A DNA stretch of 64,000 bases from positions 81,488 to 145,487 of IMG/VR virus record IMGVR_UViG_3300037067_007264, one strand, 5' to 3'. The notes beneath the pieces were generated by a model, which was given only the letters and a program-made list of their open reading frames with translations, was not told the DNA's origin and did not search any database. The translations under genes were made by a program, and so were the position numbers. The DNA comes from a virus (Duplodnaviria; Caudoviricetes). Shown piece after piece: positions 11,031 to 22,790 of this stretch (position 1 is its first letter; every line of letters starts with the position of its first letter).

Positions 11031-11762
11031 CAGGATCCTCCAAAGGCATTGTCCTCCAAGAGACTATGGAAGCCTATCGAGTGATAGGCTTCCGAACAAG
11101 CCTCATAGTTGATCCACTTCACATAGAGGTGGTTGCATTTGATACAAGTAACGGCCCCTGGACGTCCTGTCCACCGAAAGTTGCAAGAAACACACTGGTA
11201 GTGGGCGTCACGGAAGTCCACCTGCTTGTTCGGCATAACTACCCGTTCTCACAAGCAGTTCAATCGTTCCAGGGGTGGCCGTTGGTGACCTCTTCGAGGA
11301 GCTTCGTGTAGTAAGCAATCTGAGCCTCAAGTCCTTGAATGGAGCACCCCTTGTGATGCTTGTCACCGTCTATCGAGATCTGCACGTTGGTCTTCCCGCA
11401 CTCCCTACACTTCGGGTAGAACCTTCTATGAGTGAAGGCATCATCCAACCGACACTGCATCTTGCCGATTCTCTGTCGGAGGCGGTACTTGACGGGAGTG
11501 TGATTGGCCTTCATGCACAGTACTACGTTTGAGCGGGTGGGATCTCTTCAGTATCCGGGAGTTTTATTTGAAGGTCCTTGTCCGGATGGTAGAGGGAGTA
11601 GTCTACTCCAGTGGCTATCTTAATACTCCCGTTCGGTTGAGGGGTGACCTCCGAGACTCTTTCCCATCCAAAGTAAGTGCAGATACTGATACCTACCATG
11701 TCACCTACCTTGATGTCCTTAGCCTTTACGTCGAGGGTCTTGTCGTTCATTGCGGTTCCTTT

Positions 11763-11905
11763 GAAGTCATAGATCTAGCTGAGGTAACTAGCCGGTAGAT
11801 TCGAACTACCTACGACTAGCCAGTCGTATTCCAGATTCGAACTGGTTGGGTGATCAAGCCCTATCCCCTATGGAAACCAGTTACCTCAGCTAGATCTATG
11901 ACTTC
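11763..11905 (-). ncRNA. Candidate structured RNA: perfect 27-bp closing stem enclosing two T-loop (TTCGAAT) hairpins
   Basis: 11763-11789 is the exact reverse complement of 11879-11905; inner minus-strand hairpins CCAG-TTCGAAT-CTGG, TACGAC-N6-GTCGTA and GGTAG-TTCGAAT-CTACC. Confidence 0.6.
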
Positions 11906-12022
11906 TTGTTAGTCTCTTTCAGGCCTTCCTTTACCTCAGCCTTGTTGTTCTGGCGGCGAGCCTTCTTGGAGCCAACCTTGGCCTCCTCGCGGGTAAACCA
12001 ACGGGAGGTGGTGCCCTTCATC

Positions 12023-12556
12023 TCAGTCTTTACTTTTGCGCGTAGTGCCACGTTTTTGGGCTTTCTTCTCGAACAACTTTGGAAAGTTCTGCTGAATTAG
12101 GTTAGCATCCCGTTCGAGATCTTCAAGGTTAGCAGAACTCCTCAGGAACGGGATGATCCCAGTATTGTCACTACTGAGGAAGTCGAACACGAAACACCCT
12201 GAGAACTCCCCGTTGTGTTGATCTCGATGTAGTCGAAGGACTGGGATTTCGTGAAGCTTTCCCTTAGAAGCTACAATCGAGAGGGTCCGTCCATCTTTTG
12301 AGATGAGAGGTTTGACCCCACGTGTGACAAGCTCACCTACAAGCTTCCCAAGGTAGACTCGAATCTTGTCTTCCATGCTAGCCACCTTGGATTCAGAGTC
12401 CAAAGCCCTTTGAATAGCTTCCTCCAAAGATGCCTTGATTCGTTGCTTGTTGGCATCGTACTGAGAGACACCGCACTTGGAGGAGATGAAGGTTTGCATG
12501 AACCCGAAGTCCATGAGAATTTGAGATGCCTTGGAGGCTACTTGTTTTGAGTTCAT
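12023..12556 (-). CDS. Hypothetical protein
   Basis: 177-aa ORF; TGAGAT-N14-CGTA at 12592-12569. Confidence 0.7.
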   Translation of the reverse strand: MNSKQVASKASQILMDFGFMQTFISSKCGVSQYDANKQRIKASLEEAIQRALDSESKVASMEDKIRVYLGKLVGELVTRGVKPLISKDGRTLSIVASKGKLHEIPVLRLHRDQHNGEFSGCFVFDFLSSDNTGIIPFLRSSANLEDLERDANLIQQNFPKLFEKKAQKRGTTRKSKD

Positions 12557-12905
12557 TCTGTTTAGTACTACGTTTGAGGGGTTAGGATCTCACAACTTTT
12601 TTCAAGTTACCCCTCTTCGGGGGTTTCATAGGTATCCTCGAGTGCACTATCAATAGCTCGCTCCGCTTTCAGACAGGCTTCTTCGGTAGCCTCAAGTTCT
12701 TCTTCGGTCACTTGACCTAAACAAGCCAACTGGAGGGCTCGAGTTCTCTCCCGTCTCCTCTCATCCCATGCGTTACGGGCTAGGACCAATTGATGATAGG
12801 CCTCTTGATTCATACCCTATACTACGGATGAGTTCGATGAATCTCACCACATTTCAACAGGCCGACTTTACTTGTGGTAAGAATCTGGTGTAATACCACA
12901 GTCTC

Positions 12906-13454
12906 ATGATCATTACGCGTAAAGAGGGTCACGAATACTGGGCTACGCCTGACCCTTGGGATCCGGCTCTGTACTCTGACTATGTCATTGTCAGAAACTC
13001 GACGTCCTCATTGTTCCTGGTCGACGGTGGACGTGAACTAGGACCCTCGAATCAATGTGAGGAGTGGCAGTTTACCCTACTTGGGATTACTGGGAGTGAG
13101 GTAGAGCCAGAGGTTGGAGAGCGGTTTGGTTTCACGGTTGTCCAAGAGCGAGTCTATCCCGTCTGTTGCGAGTACGGTCAGAATCTTTACTGGAGATGGC
13201 CCTCCCCGAGCACCAGGCGGTGTTCAGGAGTTCCAGAGCCCGGATGGTACACTGGCATAGCCTGTACTTCCTACAGTGTCTGGCAGCCAACCAACGGCAT
13301 CTGTCCAGGTTGTGGGGAGCCTCTTCCAGAACCTGGGATTGGGGAGCAAGTCCGAGGGCGTCAGCATCTCATCGGTCTCCTGAAGGGACACCTTCAACTG
13401 ATTCCAAGGTCAAGCTACCCAACTCGATTTGATCGAATACTCAAACAACCTTAG
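12906..13454 (+). CDS. Hypothetical Cys-rich protein with C-terminal TRFDRI tag
   Basis: CPGCG; ends YPTRFDRILKQP; GGTGTA at 12887. Confidence 0.7.
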   Translation: MIITRKEGHEYWATPDPWDPALYSDYVIVRNSTSSLFLVDGGRELGPSNQCEEWQFTLLGITGSEVEPEVGERFGFTVVQERVYPVCCEYGQNLYWRWPSPSTRRCSGVPEPGWYTGIACTSYSVWQPTNGICPGCGEPLPEPGIGEQVRGRQHLIGLLKGHLQLIPRSSYPTRFDRILKQP

Positions 13455-13462
13455 GTACTTAG

Positions 13463-13738
13463 ATGAGAATCCCCATTCATATTGTTGGAATTAATGAGAC
13501 CAAAAATATGGAAGTGACCCATACCATTGGGCATGGGGGTGCTGGCCAAGTAGTCTATCATGGATCTCGTTACTGCCTTGACTTAGAGCTTCCTGACGGA
13601 ACGGTCATCACAATCGATGTAGGCCACCAGACTCTAAATCAAATGTGCCAAATCTCAGAAGAATTCCTACTAAGGGAGAAGGCCAAGTTCAATCAACCCC
13701 CGCCGACTAGGTTCGAGCGTATTTTGATTGGTGACTAA
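13463..13738 (+). CDS. Hypothetical protein with C-terminal TRFERI tag
   Basis: Ends PPPTRFERILIGD. Confidence 0.7.
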   Translation: MRIPIHIVGINETKNMEVTHTIGHGGAGQVVYHGSRYCLDLELPDGTVITIDVGHQTLNQMCQISEEFLLREKAKFNQPPPTRFERILIGD

Positions 13739-13780
13739 CCCCTGGGATACCATTGAATTCAATATGTATGCCATTTATGT

Positions 13781-14488
13781 ATGGCATCCCACAGAAAACT
13801 GAAGTTTCTCAAGTTTCGAGTTGAGGTTCGTAGCCCTGATGCGTACTATTGTATTGAAAGAGGAACCAGTATGTCAAACGGGGGCAATCTTTTATCGATT
13901 CCGAGTGACCGTGGAGTAGGGAGAGTGGTTTTGAATACCAACGTAACGGTTGGTAACTTTGTGATCCACGTTCAGACGGAAGAAGTAAAGCCAAAGAAGC
14001 TGATTGTTACCTACGTTTTATACGAGGGTCAGGTCATTGACCGAGTAGAGCGTGGGTACACTGCTCACGAGGACAAGCCAAACCTTAGAGAGCTTATCTC
14101 AAAGGTGGCGGAGGCTCAGCACAGTAAGAAGATTAGGGAGGTCCCGGGTATTTGGGAAGGGTTCAGCAAGAACCTAAAGATATCGATCAAGCCTCCCAAG
14201 AGAACCACCTTGAGACCTGTTCCGATGCCAGTAGCCCCGAAGCTGGATGCAGCCAAGGCTTTGGAGTTGTTCGAGCTAGGGCTAACCCTGTACAAGGAAG
14301 ATCCTCTGAAAGCTCAGGAGGCGTGGGAAGAAGCTGCTCACCTCGACCCCGACAATAAAGTCTACCGGGTCAACCTGAAGAAGCTGAGAGACCTGGCCCA
14401 TGGGGTGTTGATCAACGACAAGAAGTCCGGTTGCTTCTCAGCATGCTTCAAGCCATCAACGACTCTCAGGTTGGTCAAGGCTGGGTAA
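13781..14488 (+). CDS. Protein with a C-terminal TPR-like motif
   Basis: ALELFELGLTLY...AQEAWEEAAHLDPDNKVYRVNL matches a TPR helix pair. Confidence 0.65.
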   Translation: MASHRKLKFLKFRVEVRSPDAYYCIERGTSMSNGGNLLSIPSDRGVGRVVLNTNVTVGNFVIHVQTEEVKPKKLIVTYVLYEGQVIDRVERGYTAHEDKPNLRELISKVAEAQHSKKIREVPGIWEGFSKNLKISIKPPKRTTLRPVPMPVAPKLDAAKALELFELGLTLYKEDPLKAQEAWEEAAHLDPDNKVYRVNLKKLRDLAHGVLINDKKSGCFSACFKPSTTLRLVKAG

Positions 14489-14490
14489 CC

Positions 14491-14760
14491 TCACCTAACG
14501 GACCCAAATTTTCGCTTCCAAGTAACGAGGGTTCCAACGTGAACCCCTAAGAATTCCGATAGCTTATTTAGGTCTGAACCGTAGGCCGCTATGTACTGGG
14601 CTACGTCCTTTTTGAGCCACTCAGGGTAATTGGGGGCACAATCACGGCACTGACTCTGTAGGGTAAAAGCGTCGGGGATTGAGGTCTCCTCTTCGTCATC
14701 CTCGTCCTCAAGATCCTCGTCCTCTTCGTCAAGATCGTCATCATCATCCAAGTCAGCCAT
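14491..14760 (-). CDS. Small protein with an acidic N-terminus and C-terminal HTH-like motif
   Basis: D/E-rich N-terminus; LNKLSEFLGVHVGTLVTWKRK; GGTGTA at 14773-14778 (minus). Confidence 0.6.
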   Translation of the reverse strand: MADLDDDDDLDEEDEDLEDEDDEEETSIPDAFTLQSQCRDCAPNYPEWLKKDVAQYIAAYGSDLNKLSEFLGVHVGTLVTWKRKFGSVR

Positions 14761-14848
14761 GTTTCATTGGGTTACACCGACTAGGGAGCCAACCCATATA
14801 TTTTGAAGAAAAAGTTGAGATCTGAAACCCTCACGCGTATTAAATAGC

Positions 14849-15793
14849 ATGGCTAACGAGATCACATTTAAGAAGCTACGGGACGGAAGCTGGGGCATTG
14901 CAGGGAAAAACCTGACAGTCGGGCAAACGGTTACTGTACAGAAGAGATCTGGTGAGACTAGTAGAGTGACCGTTAGTACTATTGTGTGGAAGGGCTCTGA
15001 TGGCTCTTGCTACGCTTCAATAGTAACAACCGGTGCTCCTAGCTCGGACACATCAAGTCAGACTACCTCCACCAAAACAACTCGCCGATCGTCTTCAGGT
15101 GTCAGCCGTCGGCGAAGTCGACGAGAGCCGAAGCATGAAGGTGTCAAGGAAGGCAAGTACTGCTCTTCTCGTGAAGGTGATGAGGGTGACACTGTTGGTC
15201 GGGTCTGCTACCTCAAGAGTCAAGGCAAGCGTATTCCAGTGGTAGTTGTGGGCTGGGAAACCGATTACTGCAAAGAAGATGGGCTTTCATTCGGACTGCC
15301 GATGGATGAAGGGTACTACACTCGGGTGTGTTACCGGGATGCCAATGAGCAAGAAGCCAAGGATCTGGAAGCAGAAGAAGGATCTAAGAAGACAGCCAAG
15401 GACAATGCGGCCCTCGTCGCCAAGCAGGCTCTTGAAGCAGCCATGAACACGGCACGTGTTCCTCTGGAGGGTCTTACCAAGAGTGATAGCCTCCTAGCAC
15501 CAAAAGGTACTCGAACGCCTGTTGGTTCTTACAAGAACGGATTCGGGAACAGTGTATCAATCACCAAGATTGAACTCGAGAGTGGGTTGGTTGTTTACCA
15601 CGAGATGATCTCGATATACGATGATCAACGGGATTACATCTGGGGAACGGTGGAGGATTTGAGTGTTCTGTACGAACAGAGGCTTGCTGAGAATCCAGTG
15701 ACCGTCGAAGAAGCTCGAGCATACTTAGACAAGTACTATGGATGCTACGGATCAAGTCTTTACCAATACGTTGTAGACAAGGAGCAAGGATAG
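14849..15793 (+). CDS. Hypothetical phage protein
   Basis: 314-aa ORF directly after TGAGAT-N14-CGTA (14816-14839). Confidence 0.75.
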   Translation: MANEITFKKLRDGSWGIAGKNLTVGQTVTVQKRSGETSRVTVSTIVWKGSDGSCYASIVTTGAPSSDTSSQTTSTKTTRRSSSGVSRRRSRREPKHEGVKEGKYCSSREGDEGDTVGRVCYLKSQGKRIPVVVVGWETDYCKEDGLSFGLPMDEGYYTRVCYRDANEQEAKDLEAEEGSKKTAKDNAALVAKQALEAAMNTARVPLEGLTKSDSLLAPKGTRTPVGSYKNGFGNSVSITKIELESGLVVYHEMISIYDDQRDYIWGTVEDLSVLYEQRLAENPVTVEEARAYLDKYYGCYGSSLYQYVVDKEQG

Positions 15794-17399
15794 GAACCAT
15801 CATGAGAGAACCAAGAGTTCGCTATATTGGAGTAGGAAATCCAGGAGTCCCCTATGGACGAACTGGAGTTGTAACAGAGGGTATGGCCCCAGGGATTGTC
15901 ACGGTTAAGTGGGATCCCTGTCCTACCTGCGAACACCCAGTGAACATGTCGAGTACCGCCCTAGTCAACTTGGAAGAAGTATCTTTGATCCCTCGATGCA
16001 AGCGTCCGACTCGGCCCGGGATGTACCTAATCAAACGCAAGAATTCTTCAAAACAAGAACTTGCCAGCGTCGAGCAAGATTCAAGTACCCTCTGTGTCAG
16101 TTATAGCAGTAGTAAGGGGCCAGTTGATGAGATGGCTGCTGAGACCCTCTGGTGGGGCCCCTTAGACTGCCAGTAGAAAGTAGGCTAGCTCATGTTCAAA
16201 AGCATCAAAACATCCAAAGTGACTCAAGCCGCGATAACCTGCACGGATCTCCTCAGAAGTCTATTCAACGAGGAGATTTTCTGTGGTGACTCAGCAGTAC
16301 AGACCATGGTTCGCAGTCAGCTTGAGGCCTACGATAACGCCGAGGATGATCCCAATGAGTTGAATGAAGACGACTACATAGCCAAACGGAATCGAGTTGA
16401 TCAGAGGATCCGCCTCATCATCCACGAAAGCTTTGGGGTTGAAGCTTCGGGATCTACAATCGATGAGGCTCTTGACTGTCTCGAAGATCAATGCCAACAG
16501 GCCAAGATCAGACTTCGGAAAGCAGGAACCTCATGAAGTTTCTCTCCCTTTGGACATGGCTGATCATCCTATCGGTCTGGAAGTATCTACCCCCGACTCA
16601 TCCTTGGAAGCAACGTAAGCAGTGCTTTACCCTCCGTGAATGGTACGAAGGGTGCACTCAGGTTAGTCACATGTTCGACCTGTGCTTCTGGGCATTCGCC
16701 GTTACATCCCCGATGATCCTCAAGATTCTCATCAACAATCTATTTACTTGAACCGAGTATCTATGTCGAATCCAATGCCCTCTACTCCACTCTTTATTAA
16801 GTATTCAGGCCCTCATACTCGCGAGCGGGCGTGGTCGTACACTGATAATGCAGTCACCCAATTGAAAGAGGAAGGTTATCCTGTCCAATATCTGTCTGTG
16901 TCGATAGATCCGGCCGTTTCCTACATAGTTGACCCACGTTCTAACCTACCCAGGATGTGCTTCACGATCATTGAGACCGAACTTGGAATACTCACAGTCA
17001 GGTTTGGAGCTATTTGGTTAGAGTCAGTAGTCAACTATCGAGACCCTGATGAGTTTGTGACGGACTCAAAAGAACACGTTCGCAAGACCGTAAATCGAAT
17101 CGTAAGTGAGGTCAAAGAACGGTACCAGGCCGAGCTTGATTACCTAGCGAAGGAGGAGGAGACCAAGCATCGCCGCGATGCCATGGCAACCACCCTCTTA
17201 GCACTTGGGGAGGAGTTCCCTGAGTACAAGACCCTCTTGAGTGTGGGTACCAAAGGCACTCTCATCTTCAACTTCGAGTCCGAGACCGAAGATGCCCCCG
17301 AAATCAGAGCTATCTTGGAGGCCCTCAGTTCGGCCCAAGTTGATCTTTCCCCGTGCGAATAACCCCTGAGATCCGGACCTTTCACACGTAGTACTGATC

Positions 17400-17921
17400 A
17401 TGGCAACCTATCGAGACACTCTAGTCCAAGCCCTCATAGAGTGGCCAAGCTTATACCTGAATGAAGACGACGTCTTAGACCAGATGTTCTTCACGGTTGG
17501 GGGTGGGTATGAGTGGAAAAACGGCCAATTGGTTGATGTTGACCTGGAGTATCCACCAAGTCCCGGACTCGAGAAGAGACGGGCAGACCCTTGGAAAACC
17601 CGTCTTGAGAATAGAGAGTACCGAGAGTCATGCTCGAAGTACACGGGTTATGGATGTGTCTACTTCCAGATGAGATCTGGTCACATTGGAAGAAGAATGA
17701 ACACTATGTTCGGGAACTGCAGTACCCTCTGCAACCTCCCGGGTAACATAAAACCTGACTGGCTCGCAGCCGCCAAGCGAGCCATTAGGTATGCCAAGTC
17801 GAACCGAATGAAGACTACCATTGTCCAGTGGGCGTGGTTAACGTCAGTGGTTGCTCGGATCAAGGAGATAGAGTACATCCAAAAACCGGTGAAGAAGTCT
17901 CGCAGAAAGAAGGCCGCCTAA
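17400..17921 (+). CDS. Hypothetical phage protein
   Basis: 173-aa ORF after TGAGAT-N14-CGTA (17367-17390). Confidence 0.7.
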   Translation: MATYRDTLVQALIEWPSLYLNEDDVLDQMFFTVGGGYEWKNGQLVDVDLEYPPSPGLEKRRADPWKTRLENREYRESCSKYTGYGCVYFQMRSGHIGRRMNTMFGNCSTLCNLPGNIKPDWLAAAKRAIRYAKSNRMKTTIVQWAWLTSVVARIKEIEYIQKPVKKSRRKKAA

Positions 17922-18719
17922 TGCTATTTGTGACCCAACCCTACGATCAGGAGGGGACCTGGTGCCTGGTGAACAACACCGAGAAGGCTCGGGTGTCAGA
18001 GCAGGTTGCTGTGGCCCTCTTTCACATGGGGGTTCCGATCCTGAATGACTTTCCCCATCTCAACCAGTTAGGCACTTCGTGGCCAGACGTGGACTTCTCC
18101 AAGATGACAGATTTCAGCAAGCGGAGTCAGCAGACACTCAGCCAGGATGCTCTCAGGATTGCAATAAAAGGTCTCTACATCTCGGGCAAAGCTGATAGGA
18201 TACTGAGTAACCCATGAGCGAACGACAAGCAGAGATCAACAGTGAGATTCTATACTTCATTGCAACAGGTGAGGACACTGTTCGATCAGACATTGAGAGG
18301 ACCTTCGATAACTACACAGGTGAGGAGCTCGAGGTTGCCCTCACTGGTCTGGCCATGAATGGGTGCATTGATTGCCAGAATGGATTGTTACTGGTAACTT
18401 CCAAAGGACGGACTCGCGTTGAGGAATACAAGAAGTCACTACCGAAAACGGTAAGGAAGTTCTAACCTATGATAGAGTTCAGGTATCTCAATCATGAGTA
18501 CACTAACCCCAAGCCCCCTCGAAGCCTCAGGTGGGCATGTCCCTACTGCCGGAAGATGGGGTGGTGGGAGCCATCAGTTCATACGGGCCCCAAGCCCCTC
18601 TACGACCACAACAAGCTCGACGGAACCCGTTGTCATAAGGCAGTCGCCGCCGGTAAGCGGGAAGCTCAAAAGAACCAGTGAAGGGTTCAAGGCCCAACTA
18701 AAGTTGGGCCTCAACTCAA

Positions 18720-19127
18720 CTATCCGATCCCGAATTCCTTTCGGATCAGTGTTGGAGCATTACTTAGCATCTCACTAGCTCGGATGGTTCCGAGTCTGAG
18801 CACAAGTTGGAGGAAGTCTCGTTCTGGGGTAGGACTATCGAAGGCACTGAACTTGATAGTGGTCTTCGGAGCATCTTTCCAGGTGGTAAGTCTCAGTGGG
18901 GTAGGAGGTAAAAGTTGAGGGGCACTACCGGAAGCCGCCTTCTTCTTGTCTGTAGACCGCATATTGTAGATGAACTCGGGTGTTATCTTGACGCCCCTTG
19001 TTCTTGCAAAAGCAATGATGACCTTCACAGGTAAGTGATAAGTCTTTCGGACAAGTTCTGTTTTGAAACCCATGTCCCCAGGTCTACGGGTGAGGTGGAT
19101 CTTAACCTCGATCTTCTTCGTTGTCAT
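18720..19127 (-). CDS. Basic putative DNA-binding protein (tandem paralog 1)
   Basis: Shares YN[MI]RS.D.KK and L[VI]L.LGTI[RK]A.E with 19165..19566. Confidence 0.65.
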   Translation of the reverse strand: MTTKKIEVKIHLTRRPGDMGFKTELVRKTYHLPVKVIIAFARTRGVKITPEFIYNMRSTDKKKAASGSAPQLLPPTPLRLTTWKDAPKTTIKFSAFDSPTPERDFLQLVLRLGTIRASEMLSNAPTLIRKEFGIG

Positions 19128-19164
19128 AGGGTGTCCTTAGTTGTAGGCATCAACCAATCTAGGG

Positions 19165-19566
19165 TCAGAGCCCTAGATTTTGAGTGAAAGTGGCCTCTGT
19201 TCGATCGATCAATTCTCGAGCTTTGATAGTACCCAACTGGAGAATGAGTCTGGCCATAGCCTTTTCAGAGTGGGCATGATCACTATTCTTAGTGACTACT
19301 GCAGGCTTGGTTTCAACCTTGATGACCGCGGTAGGAGCTTCCTTGACAATAGCCGTGCTGGAGACCTTCTTCGAGGTCTTCCTCCTCATCTTTTTCTGGT
19401 CAACAGAACGGATGTTGTAAACCAGGTTGCTCTTCAGATCAACGTTATGAGCCTTCGCATAAGCAACAAGCTCTTCAACTGAAGCATCAGGATTCTCTCG
19501 AATCAATGCTGACATGTACCCTCTAACTTCTGGACCAATGGATACTTGAATCTTAGTTTTCGGCAT
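19165..19566 (-). CDS. Basic putative DNA-binding protein (tandem paralog 2)
   Basis: Same motifs as 18720..19127; Lys-rich linker. Confidence 0.65.
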   Translation of the reverse strand: MPKTKIQVSIGPEVRGYMSALIRENPDASVEELVAYAKAHNVDLKSNLVYNIRSVDQKKMRRKTSKKVSSTAIVKEAPTAVIKVETKPAVVTKNSDHAHSEKAMARLILQLGTIKARELIDRTEATFTQNLGL

Positions 19567-20036
19567 TTGGTTATCTTCTCACTTAACTGATACTCAAACC
19601 ATTGAGTATTACTGGTGATTCAATCAGAGTAACCATTAGAAGTCAATGAAAACTTAGATTATCGGCCACTAATCCGTTCTAAGCGGGTTAGTACTTCTCC
19701 GATGGGTACAAAAAGTCCTTCCGACCAACTAAGAAGTGGTATAGTGTCATTGTTTCTATGGTGAAAGTAACTGAATATTTGGGAAGTATTCCTGCTTGAC
19801 TCGAATTGACGACAACTCAGGCATCTACAAGGTGGCACCTGGCGAGAAGTTAGTTCTACGGTGTTACAAGTGCCAGGTGTCAATAGATGTTGTGAATGAT
19901 CCAACAATAGAACACCCAGCACTCTTGGAGTTCGCTGCTACTCATCAACCTCACGGTCAGCTATTTGTTGGTACCAATGATGAGAACGGGAAGTTTCAAG
20001 CAATAGAAGGTCCAGGAGAGTTCCTAGACTTAGAGC

Positions 20037-20537
20037 GTGAAGATGGCCCCTCAAGTTGACGATAGTATTGAATCCGATTGGACAATAGCAAGACCTAATC
20101 GACGCTCGGCAGAGGAGATTGCCAAGGTCGAGCAGGATGGGAGAGGTTTCGCTTGGGTTGGGATTATCTTCAGGAGAAAAGCCATAGGATCTCGTATCAT
20201 GCTTCCGATCCCTGCTCCGATGCGAGTTATCATTCAAGAAACTGAGAGGGAGCAAGAGATCCAAGTCTTCCAGCTCAACTATGTACCTCATGAGACCCAT
20301 GAAGTTGATGCTTTGCATCTGTATCTATCAGAAGTTGGAAATGAGCCGGTAGCTAGACTCATTCTCAACCGAAGGACAGTCAGTCCACACGAGCCCCTCT
20401 CCTTGGGATTTCGCATCACTGGGTTTGGTTACCTCAATGCATGCTGGCTCACTAAGACTTCAGATCCAATCCCAACCCTAGTACATGACAGGGACAATGA
20501 GGAACGAGAGAGCCCTGATATGGGTGGTCCTATATGA
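20037..20537 (+). CDS. Hypothetical protein with N-terminal IESDW..RP tag
   Basis: DDSIESDWTIARP. Confidence 0.6.
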   Translation: MKMAPQVDDSIESDWTIARPNRRSAEEIAKVEQDGRGFAWVGIIFRRKAIGSRIMLPIPAPMRVIIQETEREQEIQVFQLNYVPHETHEVDALHLYLSEVGNEPVARLILNRRTVSPHEPLSLGFRITGFGYLNACWLTKTSDPIPTLVHDRDNEERESPDMGGPI

Positions 20538-22379
20538 TCAAGAACTTCTACTAAACTTGAGGTGTACTAAAGGGCAATGATTTTCAACAACAAGACAGTA
20601 ATTGATGAGCGGGCCAATCGGATTGTAGCAGCTCTCAAGAAGTTACCACAAGACTCCGTAGTATATACAACCATTAGTGGGTTGAGCTTGACTCCAGCAG
20701 AGGTGTCCATAGAGATAGAGGGCCGCACCTCTATCGGGTGTGCCATCCTTGATCACGCTAACCTAGAGTTGTTTTACAAAAGTGTATTCGAGAGGTAGAG
20801 ACTATGCCGGATGAGAGAACATGGACTCATATTGGTGGGGACATGGAAGCCAGTTACGATGGTAAGCAATACGTTGACATTCGTCTTCGAGGGCGTGATG
20901 GTGAGCAACCGAAGCCTATCTGCTTTATGAGTAAGGGCACTCTCGAGAATGCACTTACCTTGTTCAACCCACTTCCAATCAAAGAACCATGAGTAATACC
21001 ATCACCTTCGCAGCCTACGAGACCATTGGTTTCTCGATCCCCAATCGGAACTATGGTGGGCACGATCCTGAGACAGCTCATAGGCTCGTACGTGAGGGCA
21101 AGGGTCGGTGGGCCTTGTGCCAGGGATCAGTCCTTTCCTTCGTCCCCAATGACTACGAGCTCAAGATGTGGGAGAGCTTCCTCCAAGAAACCCCTACTGG
21201 TTTCGAAGTGACTGAGTCAGAGTATGGGTTGTCCAAAAACAGGACCGAACCCACTAGTCAGGAAGGGGACCCCGTACTATCTGCCCCCGATGTTCCGGAA
21301 GTTTCTTCTTTGGGTAGTATTCCGAAGTGAGTACAAGTATCTGGTAAAGTGCATCAAAACCGATCCTAGGCTCGCAACCTCCCATCAAGTGGACCTAATC
21401 GTCCGGAAAGATGGTCGAGAGTTGAGATTTGAAGCTGATTGGATCAAGGTATTGGGCAGGATGTACCCTCCAAAGGAACCTCTAGACGATGCTCATCTGC
21501 CCCCGCCGGTGGTTCTTTCTAGGACTGTCAGTGAGGGTATTGACCTTCGAAGAGTTCAAATTCAGGGTCGTCCCCGGCGGTGAGAACCTTTGCTTCTAGC
21601 GGGTCAAACAAGGATTCAAACTCGGCACAAGATACAAACTTGTAGTCAATCACTTGATACTTCACAAGTAATCGAACCCAACCACCAGTTGTTCGACATT
21701 GGGACAGATCAATACTGCCCTCAACTACGTCTGATCTAGTTTTCAGGTAAGCAAGAAAGTTACTCCTAGCCCGATCTCTTACCTCGAAAGCCGCCTCTTC
21801 ACTGTCAAAGTAGGCAGATTGGGTGCAACCATCGTTTGTTTCAGGTATCGTTACCCTGACCTCCCACCTAGGTATACTTAGGGTCGCCATAGGCCTAGAG
21901 TACACCAGTTTTGGTGTACTGGTAAGTTATGTTTATCCACATCACCGTTCTTGAGGCCGATCTCGAAGCATATAAATCTGACCCCCCAACACCAAGTGGG
22001 CTTCCCCATCGGTTCTGTGCCTGTTACAATCCGTTTTGGCTACCAGAAGTATTTGGTAAGAGATACATCATGAAGGCCTTTGGAGATAGTAGAGAAGAGG
22101 CTATTGAATCCTTGAAGAGTGAGATCACAAAGGTTATGAAGCATGAGAGACTTCTCGCTATTCGTGATGTAGAACTCGAGATATGATGATCTATCTCAGA
22201 CGTCTTCTTATCTGGTTTGCTCTTGGACCTCGTGCTTACCGCGAGATGGTTAGGGACATGAAGTCCAGTGTTGGTGATCGAGGGTTCGTAGAGGTCAAGA
22301 CTATTCGAGGTCATCGAGTTCTGGTTAGTAATTGGAAGAGGACCCTCTATGAGATCGTCAGTGGAAGGGAATTCATCTG

Positions 22380-22790
22380 ATGCCCCCAGTTCCTGGTTGG
22401 CTCGTAGAAGGCCTAAGGGTTGTTGAGAAGGTATCTGGTCAACTTTTCGAGGTCACAAAAGTTACTCGTAACCGAGTATCGATGATCTGTCAGGACCTGA
22501 AAAGAACTAGAGAGTTCCGCTTGGACTTACTCCATGAGTACTGCTTTGCCTGCAACTACTTTGAGTGTGATGATTGTAGGAAGAATCAGGGCCCTTGTGG
22601 CGACTGTAGTCTTAGAAAAATACACTTTGATAAAGGCCCAAGGCATGACAATCGAAGGGTATGTGAGCTTCCTAAGTTCTGCAGAAGGAGGTTCCTTGGG
22701 GGTTGGGTCCCGTTGGGCCCCCCTGAAGAGGCTAAAGAATCAGAACGCCCTTTACCTCCGACCCGATTTGAGAGAGAATGGGTGATATGA
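22380..22790 (+). CDS. Cys-rich hypothetical protein with C-terminal TRFER tag
   Basis: Several CxxC; ends PPTRFEREWVI. Confidence 0.65.
   Translation: MPPVPGWLVEGLRVVEKVSGQLFEVTKVTRNRVSMICQDLKRTREFRLDLLHEYCFACNYFECDDCRKNQGPCGDCSLRKIHFDKGPRHDNRRVCELPKFCRRRFLGGWVPLGPPEEAKESERPLPPTRFEREWVI

Noticed and set aside
11790-11878. Canonical tRNA gene
   Set aside because: Two T-loops but no proper acceptor, D-arm and anticodon arrangement; kept only as a tRNA-like ncRNA candidate.
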